DNA from: a virus
DNA length: 64,000 nt
IMG/VR virus record: IMGVR_UViG_3300030104_003872
Location: 1-64,000 of that record
Reading direction: 5' to 3' (one strand)
The position numbers and the translations under genes were made by a program. Shown here piece after piece: positions 32,739-41,591 of the stretch (the first letter of the stretch is position 1; each line of letters starts with the position of its first letter). Below the pieces are notes generated by a model that ran no database searches, was not told the origin of the DNA, and saw only the letters and a program-made list of their open reading frames with translations.

Positions 32739-32835
32739 GCCCCTGTGAGAGAACAAAGGTCCGGAGAAAAAAGGTCAGGAGAAAAAGGTCTGGAGAAAAA
32801 GGTCACGCTGACAAAGGTCAGCCCCTGTGAGAGAA
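32739..32835. repeat. Tandem AAAGGTC(N)GGAGA repeats flanked by direct GCCCCTGTGAGAGAA copies
   Basis: AAAGGTC occurs five times in 32755-32819 at ~14-15 nt period; the 15-nt flank occurs at 32739 and 32821. Confidence 0.85.
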
Positions 32836-32890
32836 AACACGAGACGCCACCCATGATGACGCCTCGCTTACGTTAGTCCTCTGTCTCGAT

Positions 32891-33079
32891 TCAATTCATC
32901 TCAACAAGTGTCTGAATTAAGCATTGCTCCAGTTGTTGCGGGGTCATCTCTGCGTTTATGCCGAGGTCTATTGGTGTTCTCACTAGAGTTGTTATTACAC
33001 CTTCCTGACGCCCGTCGTCTCCAACGACTGCGTGTTGCACGATTTTCGCGGTCACTTCTCCTATCTTTATTTTTCTCAT
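32891..33079 (-). CDS. Small hypothetical protein
   Basis: Own TATA (TATATATA ~33135) and GAGG RBS. Confidence 0.55.
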   Translation of the reverse strand: MRKIKIGEVTAKIVQHAVVGDDGRQEGVITTLVRTPIDLGINAEMTPQQLEQCLIQTLVEMN

Positions 33080-33402
33080 TTCATTTCCTCCTATGGGCTT
33101 TCCGCCCTACCTCCTCATGGAAGCCATAGTATATATACTTTGTGTATTTACGACCTCCACCTGAGAACTCTTTCTCGGCTCGGGGTGAGGCCCCCAAAAA
33201 GTAGTGTCGGGGAGAGAGAGGCTCGGGGAGAGGCCCTAAAAGACGCTCTCTCGCCCGGTCCGCCCCCGAGTAGGCGTTTGAGTGCGAGTCGTGATGCCAG
33301 ACCGCCCCTCCGAGATGTCGTGGCTGAGTCGTACGTTTCTCCGGAGACCGCAATGTTTATAACCCCCTACCCCTACAGCGAGGTAGGCCAAGAGGCCGGG
33401 AG

Positions 33403-33750
33403 GTGAAAAATCTGGAAACTGAGAATTACTGGGAGAACTGCGAGAGAAAGACAGGAGCGGCGCTCGGAAAGTTGGGAGTCAAGACCGCCAAGAGTATTGG
33501 CGTAAAAGGAGCATGGACTCTAAAATACCGAGGCAAGGCAAAAATACTCGTTGGTTGCATGAGGAGAGTTGAATCCGAGTGGGCTGACAAGAGTATTCTG
33601 AACGAGAAAAAGGACAGAGTTGCTGAGCACGTTACAGTCTGTGAGCACGGAGTGGCAGTTGGAGCATCCACGAGAAAGGTTGCGATAGAGCTGGCTAAGA
33701 AATCCGAGCACTGGTGCGAGAAGTGTGCCGCGAGAACCGCCGTCCTTTGA
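33403..33750 (+). CDS. Small basic protein, paralog family member 2
   Basis: GAWTLKYRGKA..VGC..HVTVCEHG..VGASTRKVAIELA...WCEKC. Confidence 0.8.
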   Translation: MKNLETENYWENCERKTGAALGKLGVKTAKSIGVKGAWTLKYRGKAKILVGCMRRVESEWADKSILNEKKDRVAEHVTVCEHGVAVGASTRKVAIELAKKSEHWCEKCAARTAVL

Positions 33751-34260
33751 GACGCGACGTAAATCCAATGACCCCCGAAAGGGGCGAGGATGTACTCTCT
33801 GGGGTCACGACTCTCTAGTATTGAGGCTCGACCCTATTTGCACAAAGGTCGGGGGGTCACGACTCCGCCCCTTCTCGACCCTAAACGCACAAAGGTCAGA
33901 AGCCTCCGGGTCCGCCCCAGAGAGAGAAGGCTCGATTCTCACTCATCTTAACCCCTAACCCGAGAACTCGAGCGTTTCTCCGTGTGCGGGCGGGCGAGCG
34001 AGTACTCAAATGTATGACATAAAAGGACCCTGAGCCGACGGGTCACGCCCCACGACTCACTGCTCATCACGACACGCATCTCAGGAGAGGAGCACGTTTT
34101 TTTAGTGGGAGCACAGGTCACCAGAGCCCCCCTACTCTACACGAGCGGACCCTAGAAGGCTTGAGCCCCTCAGGAATCTCGTGGGTGATGAGCTCCGGCA
34201 GGTATTTCTCCCACCAGAGCCTTTACGTCATCTCGAATAACTATCTCGGGGATAGAATAC

Positions 34261-34668
34261 TCAGACGCTCGCATCCTTGATGCTCTGTCTTGATTTCTCA
34301 CACCAGATGTGAGCCAGTTTGCATAGCTCGATTGCTTTCTTTCTCGATGATGCTCCCATCACTGACCCATAGTCTGTGACCGCAACATGAGTTGGTGCAA
34401 CCATCTCGCCATTTACGAGAATGGTCATGCCTTTGGTCGCTTCGGTAACTTGCTCATCCGCGTTCTCCACGAAAATGCAACCGACCCGACATCCAGCCTT
34501 CCTTCTCATCTTCAAAGTCCATGCTCCGGCTCTTCCGATGGTTCTCGCAGTCTTGGCTCCGTCCTTGCCGAGATGTGCTCCAGTTGAAACTGTTGCTCCA
34601 TCCCAATACATGGTCGGGGTTTTCTCTGCTTTACTGCTCTTCTTAGTGCTCTTACTAGTTTTGCTCAT
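34261..34668 (-). CDS. Small basic protein, paralog family member 3
   Basis: GAWTLKMRRKA..VGC..HVAVTDYG..MGASSRKKAIELC...WCEKS. Confidence 0.8.
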   Translation of the reverse strand: MSKTSKSTKKSSKAEKTPTMYWDGATVSTGAHLGKDGAKTARTIGRAGAWTLKMRRKAGCRVGCIFVENADEQVTEATKGMTILVNGEMVAPTHVAVTDYGSVMGASSRKKAIELCKLAHIWCEKSRQSIKDASV

Positions 34669-34902
34669 AAAGTTCTCCTCCTTGTCTCCAATACGTGTCT
34701 CCGAGTCACGGTAAGGTTCTCATTCAATGTCATTCTCATCGTCCGCCCTACATGACCAGATAGAAGTTATAGGATATAAAGTTTTCGGACTCTTGAGTTA
34801 GACCGCCCTCACCGTGAGAGTAGTGGAGAAGTCGTAATGTTTTCACTCGAGTTGTCGATGCCTACGTAAAAGAGAACAGGGAGGCAATTCTCCGCCCCTG
34901 TC

Positions 34903-35331
34903 TCAATCTCTTCTAGTTTGACCATATAGCCGAGATTCAAATGCTTGCTCGGCTTGTTTCTCTAGTCTCTGTACTTCTGCGTGCTCGTCAATTTTCTCTA
35001 GTACCTCTGCCACATCTTTCTCGGCCTGTCTCTTATTGTATATCTCCCAAACTTTGTCGGTTACGTTTCTCTTAACCATTTCTCCGAAGTGTCTCCATTG
35101 TCCCTCGTTTATGATATCTCTAGTCTTGTCATCAGTCAATGACCCAAGACCCATGTGTGATAATTTCTCCATTAGAGAATCTATTACGACCGGACTGTCA
35201 TGGAGTTTATCGTACTCTATTGAGTATATTTTGTCTATCTCATTTATTGTGAGTACGTCATCGGTATTTCTCCGGAGGTCTAATCTCCAACCTCTGCTGA
35301 AATAGGTCCATTTTATCTCAGAGTATGACAC
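34903..35331 (-). CDS. Hypothetical protein
   Basis: 142 aa ORF downstream of a boxed promoter. Confidence 0.6.
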   Translation of the reverse strand: MSYSEIKWTYFSRGWRLDLRRNTDDVLTINEIDKIYSIEYDKLHDSPVVIDSLMEKLSHMGLGSLTDDKTRDIINEGQWRHFGEMVKRNVTDKVWEIYNKRQAEKDVAEVLEKIDEHAEVQRLEKQAEQAFESRLYGQTRRD

Positions 35332-35478
35332 CTATCTCCACCAACAGTCGAAATGTTCAGGCTCAATCGTTTCCTTCTCGGACTTGGTGGCTCCTTTCTT
35401 AACGAGAACCACTCGCCCCTTAAAGAGTTTATTAGCCAACTCTTTTGTTATCTCATATTCATTACTTCTCAATTTCAT
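35332..35478 (-). CDS. Small hypothetical protein (48 aa, not in ORF track)
   Basis: MKLRSNEYEITKELANKLFKGRVVLVKKG...FDCWWR*; AGGTGA RBS; first gene after the 35551 promoter. Confidence 0.55.
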   Translation of the reverse strand: MKLRSNEYEITKELANKLFKGRVVLVKKGATKSEKETIEPEHFDCWWR

Positions 35479-35672
35479 TTCTCTATTTCACCTTTCCTCG
35501 GCCTTCCGGCCTACTCTGAGGATGGAAGTCATAGGATATAAACATTTCTGACTCTTGAGTTGTCGCGTGTAGCGTAATAATTTACTCGAGTTGTCGATGA
35601 CTACACAAAAGGTCTTGCTCTTGACGACTCCGCCCCAACTCTACCGCGTGAGGCAAAGGGGGTATCTCGCAA

Positions 35673-36485
35673 TCACTCGTAATGCGGAGAATCCGCGTAC
35701 TCGTAAAGACCAGTTATAGGTTCGACCTTATAGAAGTGCTCTTTTGCACAGACCCATCCGGTCGGTGTATATCCCTCGGGATAAGTCGAACTAACTGTCT
35801 CGTCACCGCCTAGAGATTCCCAATCCGGCTCCCATTGTGCTCCATTCGCTCGCCTGTCTTTTATCTCTTGTAACCATTGTATTCTCTTAAGTTCTCTGAG
35901 AACGGCATAGGCTTCTCGGAATGTATTAAGTGGTCCGAGGAAAGCATCGTGGCTCACAATAGAGCGATACCATCCGCCCTCCTCTGGTCCGCCGTATGCT
36001 CTTACTTTCTCGTACCTGCTCACATATATTTGGTCGCCGTGATTCTTCTCCCAATAACCTTCCTCGGGGAAGAAATCGTACTCACCTTCTTTGAGCAGAT
36101 ATAGTTTCTCCATACCTGAGCCAGCGTAATGCCATCTCTGATAGTCCCACTGCTCTTTGCGGTACTCGTAAAGTGTAACGAGCCAGTCGCCGTTGATACT
36201 CTGATATTTATCTCCTATTCGCTCAGGAAGACCATTTTCGTCTTGTTCTCTGCAATATTGCTCAAACGCCTGTTGCTCAGTCTGATGTCGAATTCTCTTC
36301 TGCTTGTGCTCACGCCTTGACTCGCTATGCTTTAGGTCATAGACCCAAGCACGAGTGGATAGCAATGTTCTCGCTAAACCGGTCAGTTCTGCATTCTCTT
36401 CAAAACTTCTCTTTTCGTCGTATAATTCTTTCTCTTTCTCGTAATCTGTCATATTTTTCTCACCTCCCTTATGGTCTGACTCCAT
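35673..36485 (-). CDS. Hypothetical protein (Tyr/Trp/Glu-rich)
   Basis: Contains YGGPEEGGWY motif; probable start MTDYEK. Confidence 0.65.
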   Translation of the reverse strand: MESDHKGGEKNMTDYEKEKELYDEKRSFEENAELTGLARTLLSTRAWVYDLKHSESRREHKQKRIRHQTEQQAFEQYCREQDENGLPERIGDKYQSINGDWLVTLYEYRKEQWDYQRWHYAGSGMEKLYLLKEGEYDFFPEEGYWEKNHGDQIYVSRYEKVRAYGGPEEGGWYRSIVSHDAFLGPLNTFREAYAVLRELKRIQWLQEIKDRRANGAQWEPDWESLGGDETVSSTYPEGYTPTGWVCAKEHFYKVEPITGLYEYADSPHYE

Positions 36486-36503
36486 TTCATTGTATTCTCT
36501 TGA

Positions 36504-36860
36504 TTATAACTCATTAACTGCATCTCTTAATTCGACTTCATTGGCTATTCGAGTTGCTTCTCGATGTGCCTTTAATCTCCGGATGTAACTCCTATCTTCT
36601 TTCTCTAATGTATCGAACTCTTCACCTGCGAATCTCGCATAGTTGGTCAATAATGCGTGGAGATTAATACGATGCACTCCGCAACTATATCTCATTAGTT
36701 TTAACGAGTGCCTATCTCCCTTCATGGGAGATGATTGCATCTCTAATAGTTCGACCTGTAAGTCAAACTCTTTCATTTTCTCTAGTAACTCTTTCTGTAA
36801 CTCAACTGCTCTAATCATAGAGTTTATGAGTTCCATTTCTTCATCCTCCGTTTCCGCCAT
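36504..36860 (-). CDS. Hypothetical coiled-coil protein (leaderless)
   Basis: ATG about 23 nt after the TATA of the boxed promoter at 36898. Confidence 0.65.
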   Translation of the reverse strand: MAETEDEEMELINSMIRAVELQKELLEKMKEFDLQVELLEMQSSPMKGDRHSLKLMRYSCGVHRINLHALLTNYARFAGEEFDTLEKEDRSYIRRLKAHREATRIANEVELRDAVNEL

Positions 36861-36989
36861 GTAGAGGTATAGGGGTTCTAGGTATTAAACCTTTCTAACT
36901 CCTGAGTATCCTCAGAGAATGATAGATTTACTCGAGTTGTCGATGGGTTGGTAAAAGAGAATAGGATTGTGAATCTCCGCCCCACACGA

Positions 36990-37466
36990 CTAGTAATTAA
37001 AATCGGTCAGGGGAAAGTCATTCTCTTCGACTATCCTTTCGTTGTTCTCAAAGAACTTCCTCACATGCTCAAGACCTATCAGATGGGCTCTACCGGACTT
37101 ACTTCTATTGTCGATAACTGATGGGTCATCTGCAAACTGCTCGTTCAGTATGCTCAGATATAATCTCTTAGCCACATCATACTCTTGAGGTTTCCATAAT
37201 AAGACCTCTTCTGTCTCGACATATCTTTGCTCAGTTCTAAATCGAGTGTTGATTCGCTCTAATTGCTCATCATCCATGATTTCTCTGCTTCTGAGCAGAA
37301 TAAAACCATGCTCATGATGACCTAGTTCCTCGTCATAACTCTTATTCACAGACCATATTAAATCTCTTAATTCAGATTTCTCTTCACCAGTTCTGCTCAT
37401 CCATGAACGAGCAAGTGATTGTGGTGTCGTGTGTCGCCACTCTGTACGTGACCTGACCAAAATCAT
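36990..37466 (-). CDS. Hypothetical protein
   Basis: 158 aa ORF in a minus-strand cluster. Confidence 0.55.
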   Translation of the reverse strand: MILVRSRTEWRHTTPQSLARSWMSRTGEEKSELRDLIWSVNKSYDEELGHHEHGFILLRSREIMDDEQLERINTRFRTEQRYVETEEVLLWKPQEYDVAKRLYLSILNEQFADDPSVIDNRSKSGRAHLIGLEHVRKFFENNERIVEENDFPLTDFNY

Positions 37467-37546
37467 CCTGTCCTCTGATATTTTATACTCGTATTCGTCT
37501 ATCTCTATTCACCTCCTTTAGACTCCAAATCTCCCATCTATGAATC

Positions 37547-37885
37547 TCATTGCAGAGAACTTTCCTTCTCTTGCTTTTGCATCTCGTACATCATCTTTCT
37601 CCCTTCTATACGAGCCTTCCACATAGAGATACCAAAACTCATTGCTTGTTGTCTCTTTTCCATATCCTCATCAAACGGGTCCATACCCATTCTCGCGGGT
37701 AAGACCATAGTGGCGTCGCATAAGTCGCAACATCTCGAATCGAAATCTTTTGGGTCAGCAAGGAGTGGGTAGGGATTATTACCCATGTATTCTCCGGTCT
37801 TGAATAATAACTCGTTGGTATGAGGGTGTCTTGGTCCCTTAATCTCTTTCTTACAGAGACAACACTTAAGATTACTCTTCCTCAT
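37547..37885 (-). CDS. Zn-binding hypothetical protein
   Basis: CCLC...GNNPYPL...RCCDLCD. Confidence 0.65.
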   Translation of the reverse strand: MRKSNLKCCLCKKEIKGPRHPHTNELLFKTGEYMGNNPYPLLADPKDFDSRCCDLCDATMVLPARMGMDPFDEDMEKRQQAMSFGISMWKARIEGRKMMYEMQKQEKESSLQ

Positions 37886-38069
37886 CGTTGATTGCTCCTT
37901 CTAATAGTCGTCGAATGACACTAGGGTCAATAGCAGACTCTTTGATAAGAGCCATAAACTCTTCGGCCGTTTGACCTGTTGCTACCGTTTCGCCTGTCTC
38001 TTTGCTTACAACTCTGAATAAAGGAGCATCCGCACCCGCATTCTCTGTCTCTACATCAATTACGGTCAT
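37872..38069 (-). CDS. Small acidic hypothetical protein
   Basis: Coupled to 37885 gene; GGAG RBS. Confidence 0.55.
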   Translation of the reverse strand: MTVIDVETENAGADAPLFRVVSKETGETVATGQTAEEFMALIKESAIDPSVIRRLLEGAINDEEE

Positions 38070-38390
38070 ACTTATGCACTCCTAGCCTCATACTGTTTTT
38101 TGGTCAGTCCATACCTTCTCAGGTAATATTTGTCGTTCATCTCTTCAATCATATTTCTCATCTTGTTGCTCATCTTCTATTCGCTCCTGTTTCATGTGGG
38201 CTCGCCACGCTAATATCTCTATATGTATTTTACTCATCTACTTTCCTCCTTATCCTTAAATACTCATGGCAGGGCTCGCAAAGAGTTGCACTCTCACCTG
38301 CCCGACCTGAATGGAAATCAGTCGGCATATTACCGACAACCCACCATGACTCGGCATGGAATAAGTCGTCACCACATTGGTCGCAATAGG

Positions 38391-38522
38391 TCATTCTAAA
38401 TCATACTCCTCATATACCCACTCTGGGGTTTCTAGTCGAAACTTGAATCTGGTCACCAAGAGTTTATTCCGTAGTCGGGAATACTTAACTCGGGTGATGT
38501 TTCCATCGTCGCCGTCCGCCAT
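38391..38522 (-). CDS. Small hypothetical protein (43 aa, leaderless, not in ORF track)
   Basis: MADGDDGNITRVKYSRLRNKLLVTRFKFRLETPEWVYEEYDLE*; directly after the 38560 boxed promoter. Confidence 0.5.
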   Translation of the reverse strand: MADGDDGNITRVKYSRLRNKLLVTRFKFRLETPEWVYEEYDLE

Positions 38523-38715
38523 ATCTACCAATTATCGTCTTAGGATATAAAGGTTTTGGACTCTTGAGTTATGGTGTATTTTAACTCGAGTTGTAGGTTA
38601 TAGTAGTAAAAGGTTCGGTAGAGCACTACTCCGCCCCAACTCAAGAGTTGGAAAGGTTTATATTCTAGTTAGATGATTCCCTCATGTAGCGGAAGCACAG
38701 GAGACATCAGATAAA

Positions 38716-39417
38716 ATGAGTGAAAATGAAAACAGAGTAATTGAACAAGAGACAGAGCGTGAAGCAGGTAAGAGTATAACCCTGACCTTCACACCTATCG
38801 GAGCAATCATAGATTCCGAGAAAGAAAGCAAAGTACAAGAGCAAGATGAAAATGCAGACCTGTTCTTTATGAGAAGTATCAACACGACCTTCGGGTTCAA
38901 GATGTTGAGAAACTCATGGGATAGTGAGCACGACATCAAAGCAGGAGCAACTGAGACTAATACCAAGAGTACAAATGGACTAAGAATCGGAGATACAACC
39001 GTGACGAGTTTCATAACATCAGAGTTGGAGTGGTTCAAAGAGGCACTAATGCCTCTGCTTATCGACCAAAGTGATGTGGAGATAATCCAGACCACTAAGG
39101 AAGAGATAGTAATAGTTGAGCCACTAGGCAGATACGAGCACTTCGGTTGGGACGAGACACCAGAGTGGGCTGATGAAAGAGTAACCCTCGAATACATCGA
39201 CCTTCGTAATGGTAAGGCCTCTATTCTCGTACAAGGCGAGACAGGTTCTGACCTTCAAGGGGATGAGGTGAACGAGGCAGTTAAGGGCTACCACGATATG
39301 CTTATGAGTACCATCAGAAGTATGACCTGCACAGACGAGAATGAATATAGCAGAGATTGTAAGAGTTTGCTTAAAGTGGAGTCTCATAGAGTTTGCGACA
39401 CATCCTTCTTGAATTGA
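38716..39417 (+). CDS. Acidic hypothetical protein
   Basis: 233 aa, Glu/Asp-rich; boxed promoter at 38639. Confidence 0.7.
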   Translation: MSENENRVIEQETEREAGKSITLTFTPIGAIIDSEKESKVQEQDENADLFFMRSINTTFGFKMLRNSWDSEHDIKAGATETNTKSTNGLRIGDTTVTSFITSELEWFKEALMPLLIDQSDVEIIQTTKEEIVIVEPLGRYEHFGWDETPEWADERVTLEYIDLRNGKASILVQGETGSDLQGDEVNEAVKGYHDMLMSTIRSMTCTDENEYSRDCKSLLKVESHRVCDTSFLN

Positions 39418-39535
39418 GTTCTTTGGGGGAGAGAACTTCGTAAGCCTCGGCGTGGGTAAATCTCACGCTGAGGTGAAACATCTTATGCTCTCAGTAGGAG
39501 GAACGATAGGATGACAGACCTGAAACTTCGAGGGG

Positions 39536-40735
39536 GTGATGAGAATGTCAGATGAAAGAGGATTAATACCTTACTCTAACAAAGAAGAGATGATTCTCGC
39601 TATGCAAGATTTGTCGGATGAAATGCTTAAGGTAGGTCACGATAATGTGGAAGAGTTCCTAGCACTCGTAAAACAAGAGATGTGGGATAGAGAACACGCT
39701 ATGGTGGTCACATACAATGAAGAGTTCAAAGAAAAGTGGGCTCATGTATTCGACTTATTTAACGAAGGTTGGTCTATATTAAGAGAACTATACCAAATAT
39801 GCGAGGACTATGATGGAGATAATAATTTTATCACAGAGAAGAATGAGCATCCGAATTATCCTCATTGCGAGTTAGAAAAGGCTTGGGTCGTAAGATACGA
39901 GTCATTTTTAGCAAGAGCAAAAGATATGCCTAGTCGTGGTTATACACATGAGGGACCATATGGAACTCTAGTATTCAGAGAAGAATATCTAAAAGAGTTG
40001 GATTTAGAGTCTTATTGGGCGACTACATATTCAACGGAGATAGCAAGGAGATTGGAGCCTAAAGAGAAGGACTTAAAGTATGGTCTTACTTTTGCTCATT
40101 ATCCTACAGACCCTTTCAAAGAGGAAGAGGAATACATCGAAGATTGGAGCAGATACAAATATGTTAGAGATACTAAGATAGAGGCCTTTGATAAAGTCGT
40201 ATATTTCTTGAGAAATGTTATGGTTAAGTCGGAGACAAAGGATATAAGACCTTCACAAAACGACGATTGGAAAACCAATGAGCTCAAACACTATAATCTC
40301 GAAACACATCAGTTAGAGAGACCTTTAGAGTGGAAGATAATAGAGGATGAGCAGATAGTGGGTGCTATTTACGGTAGAGGTAGGAGCGATAATAAATATG
40401 CGACTTGTTTCGACTGTGATGAAAATGGTCGAAATAGATTAGCCGTGAGAACATATTACGAGCGTGGGTATCAAGAGATGCCAGGAGCTCCTGTTCATGC
40501 TACATGCGAGTACTTTACTTGTATGAGATGTGGAAGTGAGCGTAAAGGTGGAGAACATGGAGATTTCCCTGTTGGTGGAGTTGACTTAATAGGTCAGCCA
40601 CTCTTTGCAGGTATGAGCACAGAAGAAGTATGTCGTCAATGCTCATGTTATACTACCAAACAGTACGGTGGTAGCGGAGAACGAGGAAGCGATAGGGAGT
40701 GTTGGGCTTGCTATGGAGAACCCGGTCATTACTAG
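39536..40735 (+). CDS. Hypothetical protein with C-terminal Cys clusters
   Basis: CFDC, CMRC, CRQC and CWAC motifs. Confidence 0.7.
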   Translation: MMRMSDERGLIPYSNKEEMILAMQDLSDEMLKVGHDNVEEFLALVKQEMWDREHAMVVTYNEEFKEKWAHVFDLFNEGWSILRELYQICEDYDGDNNFITEKNEHPNYPHCELEKAWVVRYESFLARAKDMPSRGYTHEGPYGTLVFREEYLKELDLESYWATTYSTEIARRLEPKEKDLKYGLTFAHYPTDPFKEEEEYIEDWSRYKYVRDTKIEAFDKVVYFLRNVMVKSETKDIRPSQNDDWKTNELKHYNLETHQLERPLEWKIIEDEQIVGAIYGRGRSDNKYATCFDCDENGRNRLAVRTYYERGYQEMPGAPVHATCEYFTCMRCGSERKGGEHGDFPVGGVDLIGQPLFAGMSTEEVCRQCSCYTTKQYGGSGERGSDRECWACYGEPGHY

Positions 40736-41111
40736 ACAGGTCTGGTGGTAGAGATACCGCCATTCCTCTCACTCTAAGATAAAAGAAAAGAGCGCTCCTC
40801 TCTCCGCCCCTTGAGAGAAGAAGGTGGTGGGTCTAGATTGCAGTATGCCTACCCAGCAATGTCTCCCCGACCCACCGAAAGGAGTATTAGGTGGAGGCTT
40901 ATCCGACTTGTTACCGCCTGTTTTAGACTCACTTCCTCGTTGCATTTCTGCCTCTTTCGAGATAAGGGTAGTGTGCGGCTCGGTTACGGTTTGGTCTACC
41001 ACCTGTTTATGTAGACTCGCCCCCTTTTTGTATGCTCCGTCATGTACCCGTTCTCATGGTGGACGGAGCCACACCATGTGGTCGTTTCGTGCGGAAGAAC
41101 GCTCGAATTGT

Positions 41112-41591
41112 CTAAGCAGTCGCTTTAACTTCTGTCTCTGTGACTTCTGTCTCAGCCTCTGCCGTTGCTTTAGCCTCTTCCTCGGCTTTCGCCTTAGCCT
41201 CGGCTAATTTCTCCACTATCTTTTGAGCCTTGTTGCTCCATGTGGCCGGATGTCTCGCTAGTTCGAGTGCCTTTTTCCTTGAAGTTGCTCCGTGCTTCTG
41301 GAGAATCTTCATTTTTAGGTCTTTTGCTCCCTTTTCGTGAGTTCCTGTGATAACGACTGTATGCTTGTCTGGTCTGTTACAGATAGGCTCGTCAGATGCC
41401 TCGGTTAAGTAAATTCTCACTTGCATACCTCCAATCTCCTGACAACCCTTCTCACGCCACAATCCTCTGATGCCGTAAAGGTCAACATTAGAGTGTCCGT
41501 GTGTTTCTGTATCTCCCTTAGACCACTTTGGGATAGGTTTCTCATCTTCTGTGGTCTTTGATTCTGATTTAGTCTCTTTCTTTGTGCTCAT
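41112..41591 (-). CDS. Small basic protein, paralog family member 4
   Basis: HTVVI...HGATSRKKALELARHPATWS; Ala/Glu/Lys tail; GAGGTGA RBS; boxed promoter 41674. Confidence 0.75.
   Translation of the reverse strand: MSTKKETKSESKTTEDEKPIPKWSKGDTETHGHSNVDLYGIRGLWREKGCQEIGGMQVRIYLTEASDEPICNRPDKHTVVITGTHEKGAKDLKMKILQKHGATSRKKALELARHPATWSNKAQKIVEKLAEAKAKAEEEAKATAEAETEVTETEVKATA

Larger units (their letters stand above)
34845..38594 (+). repeat. ACTCGAGTTGT(CGATG) repeat
   Basis: At 34845, 35584, 36930, 38584; always between the promoter box and the AAAAG...TCCGCCC motif. Confidence 0.8.

Noticed and set aside
39445-39473. 12-bp hairpin CCTCGGCGTGGG/CTCACGCTGAGG as a twelfth boxed promoter
   Set aside because: It does not match the ACTC-NN-GAGT + 8 nt + TATA geometry; more likely an ordinary stem-loop.
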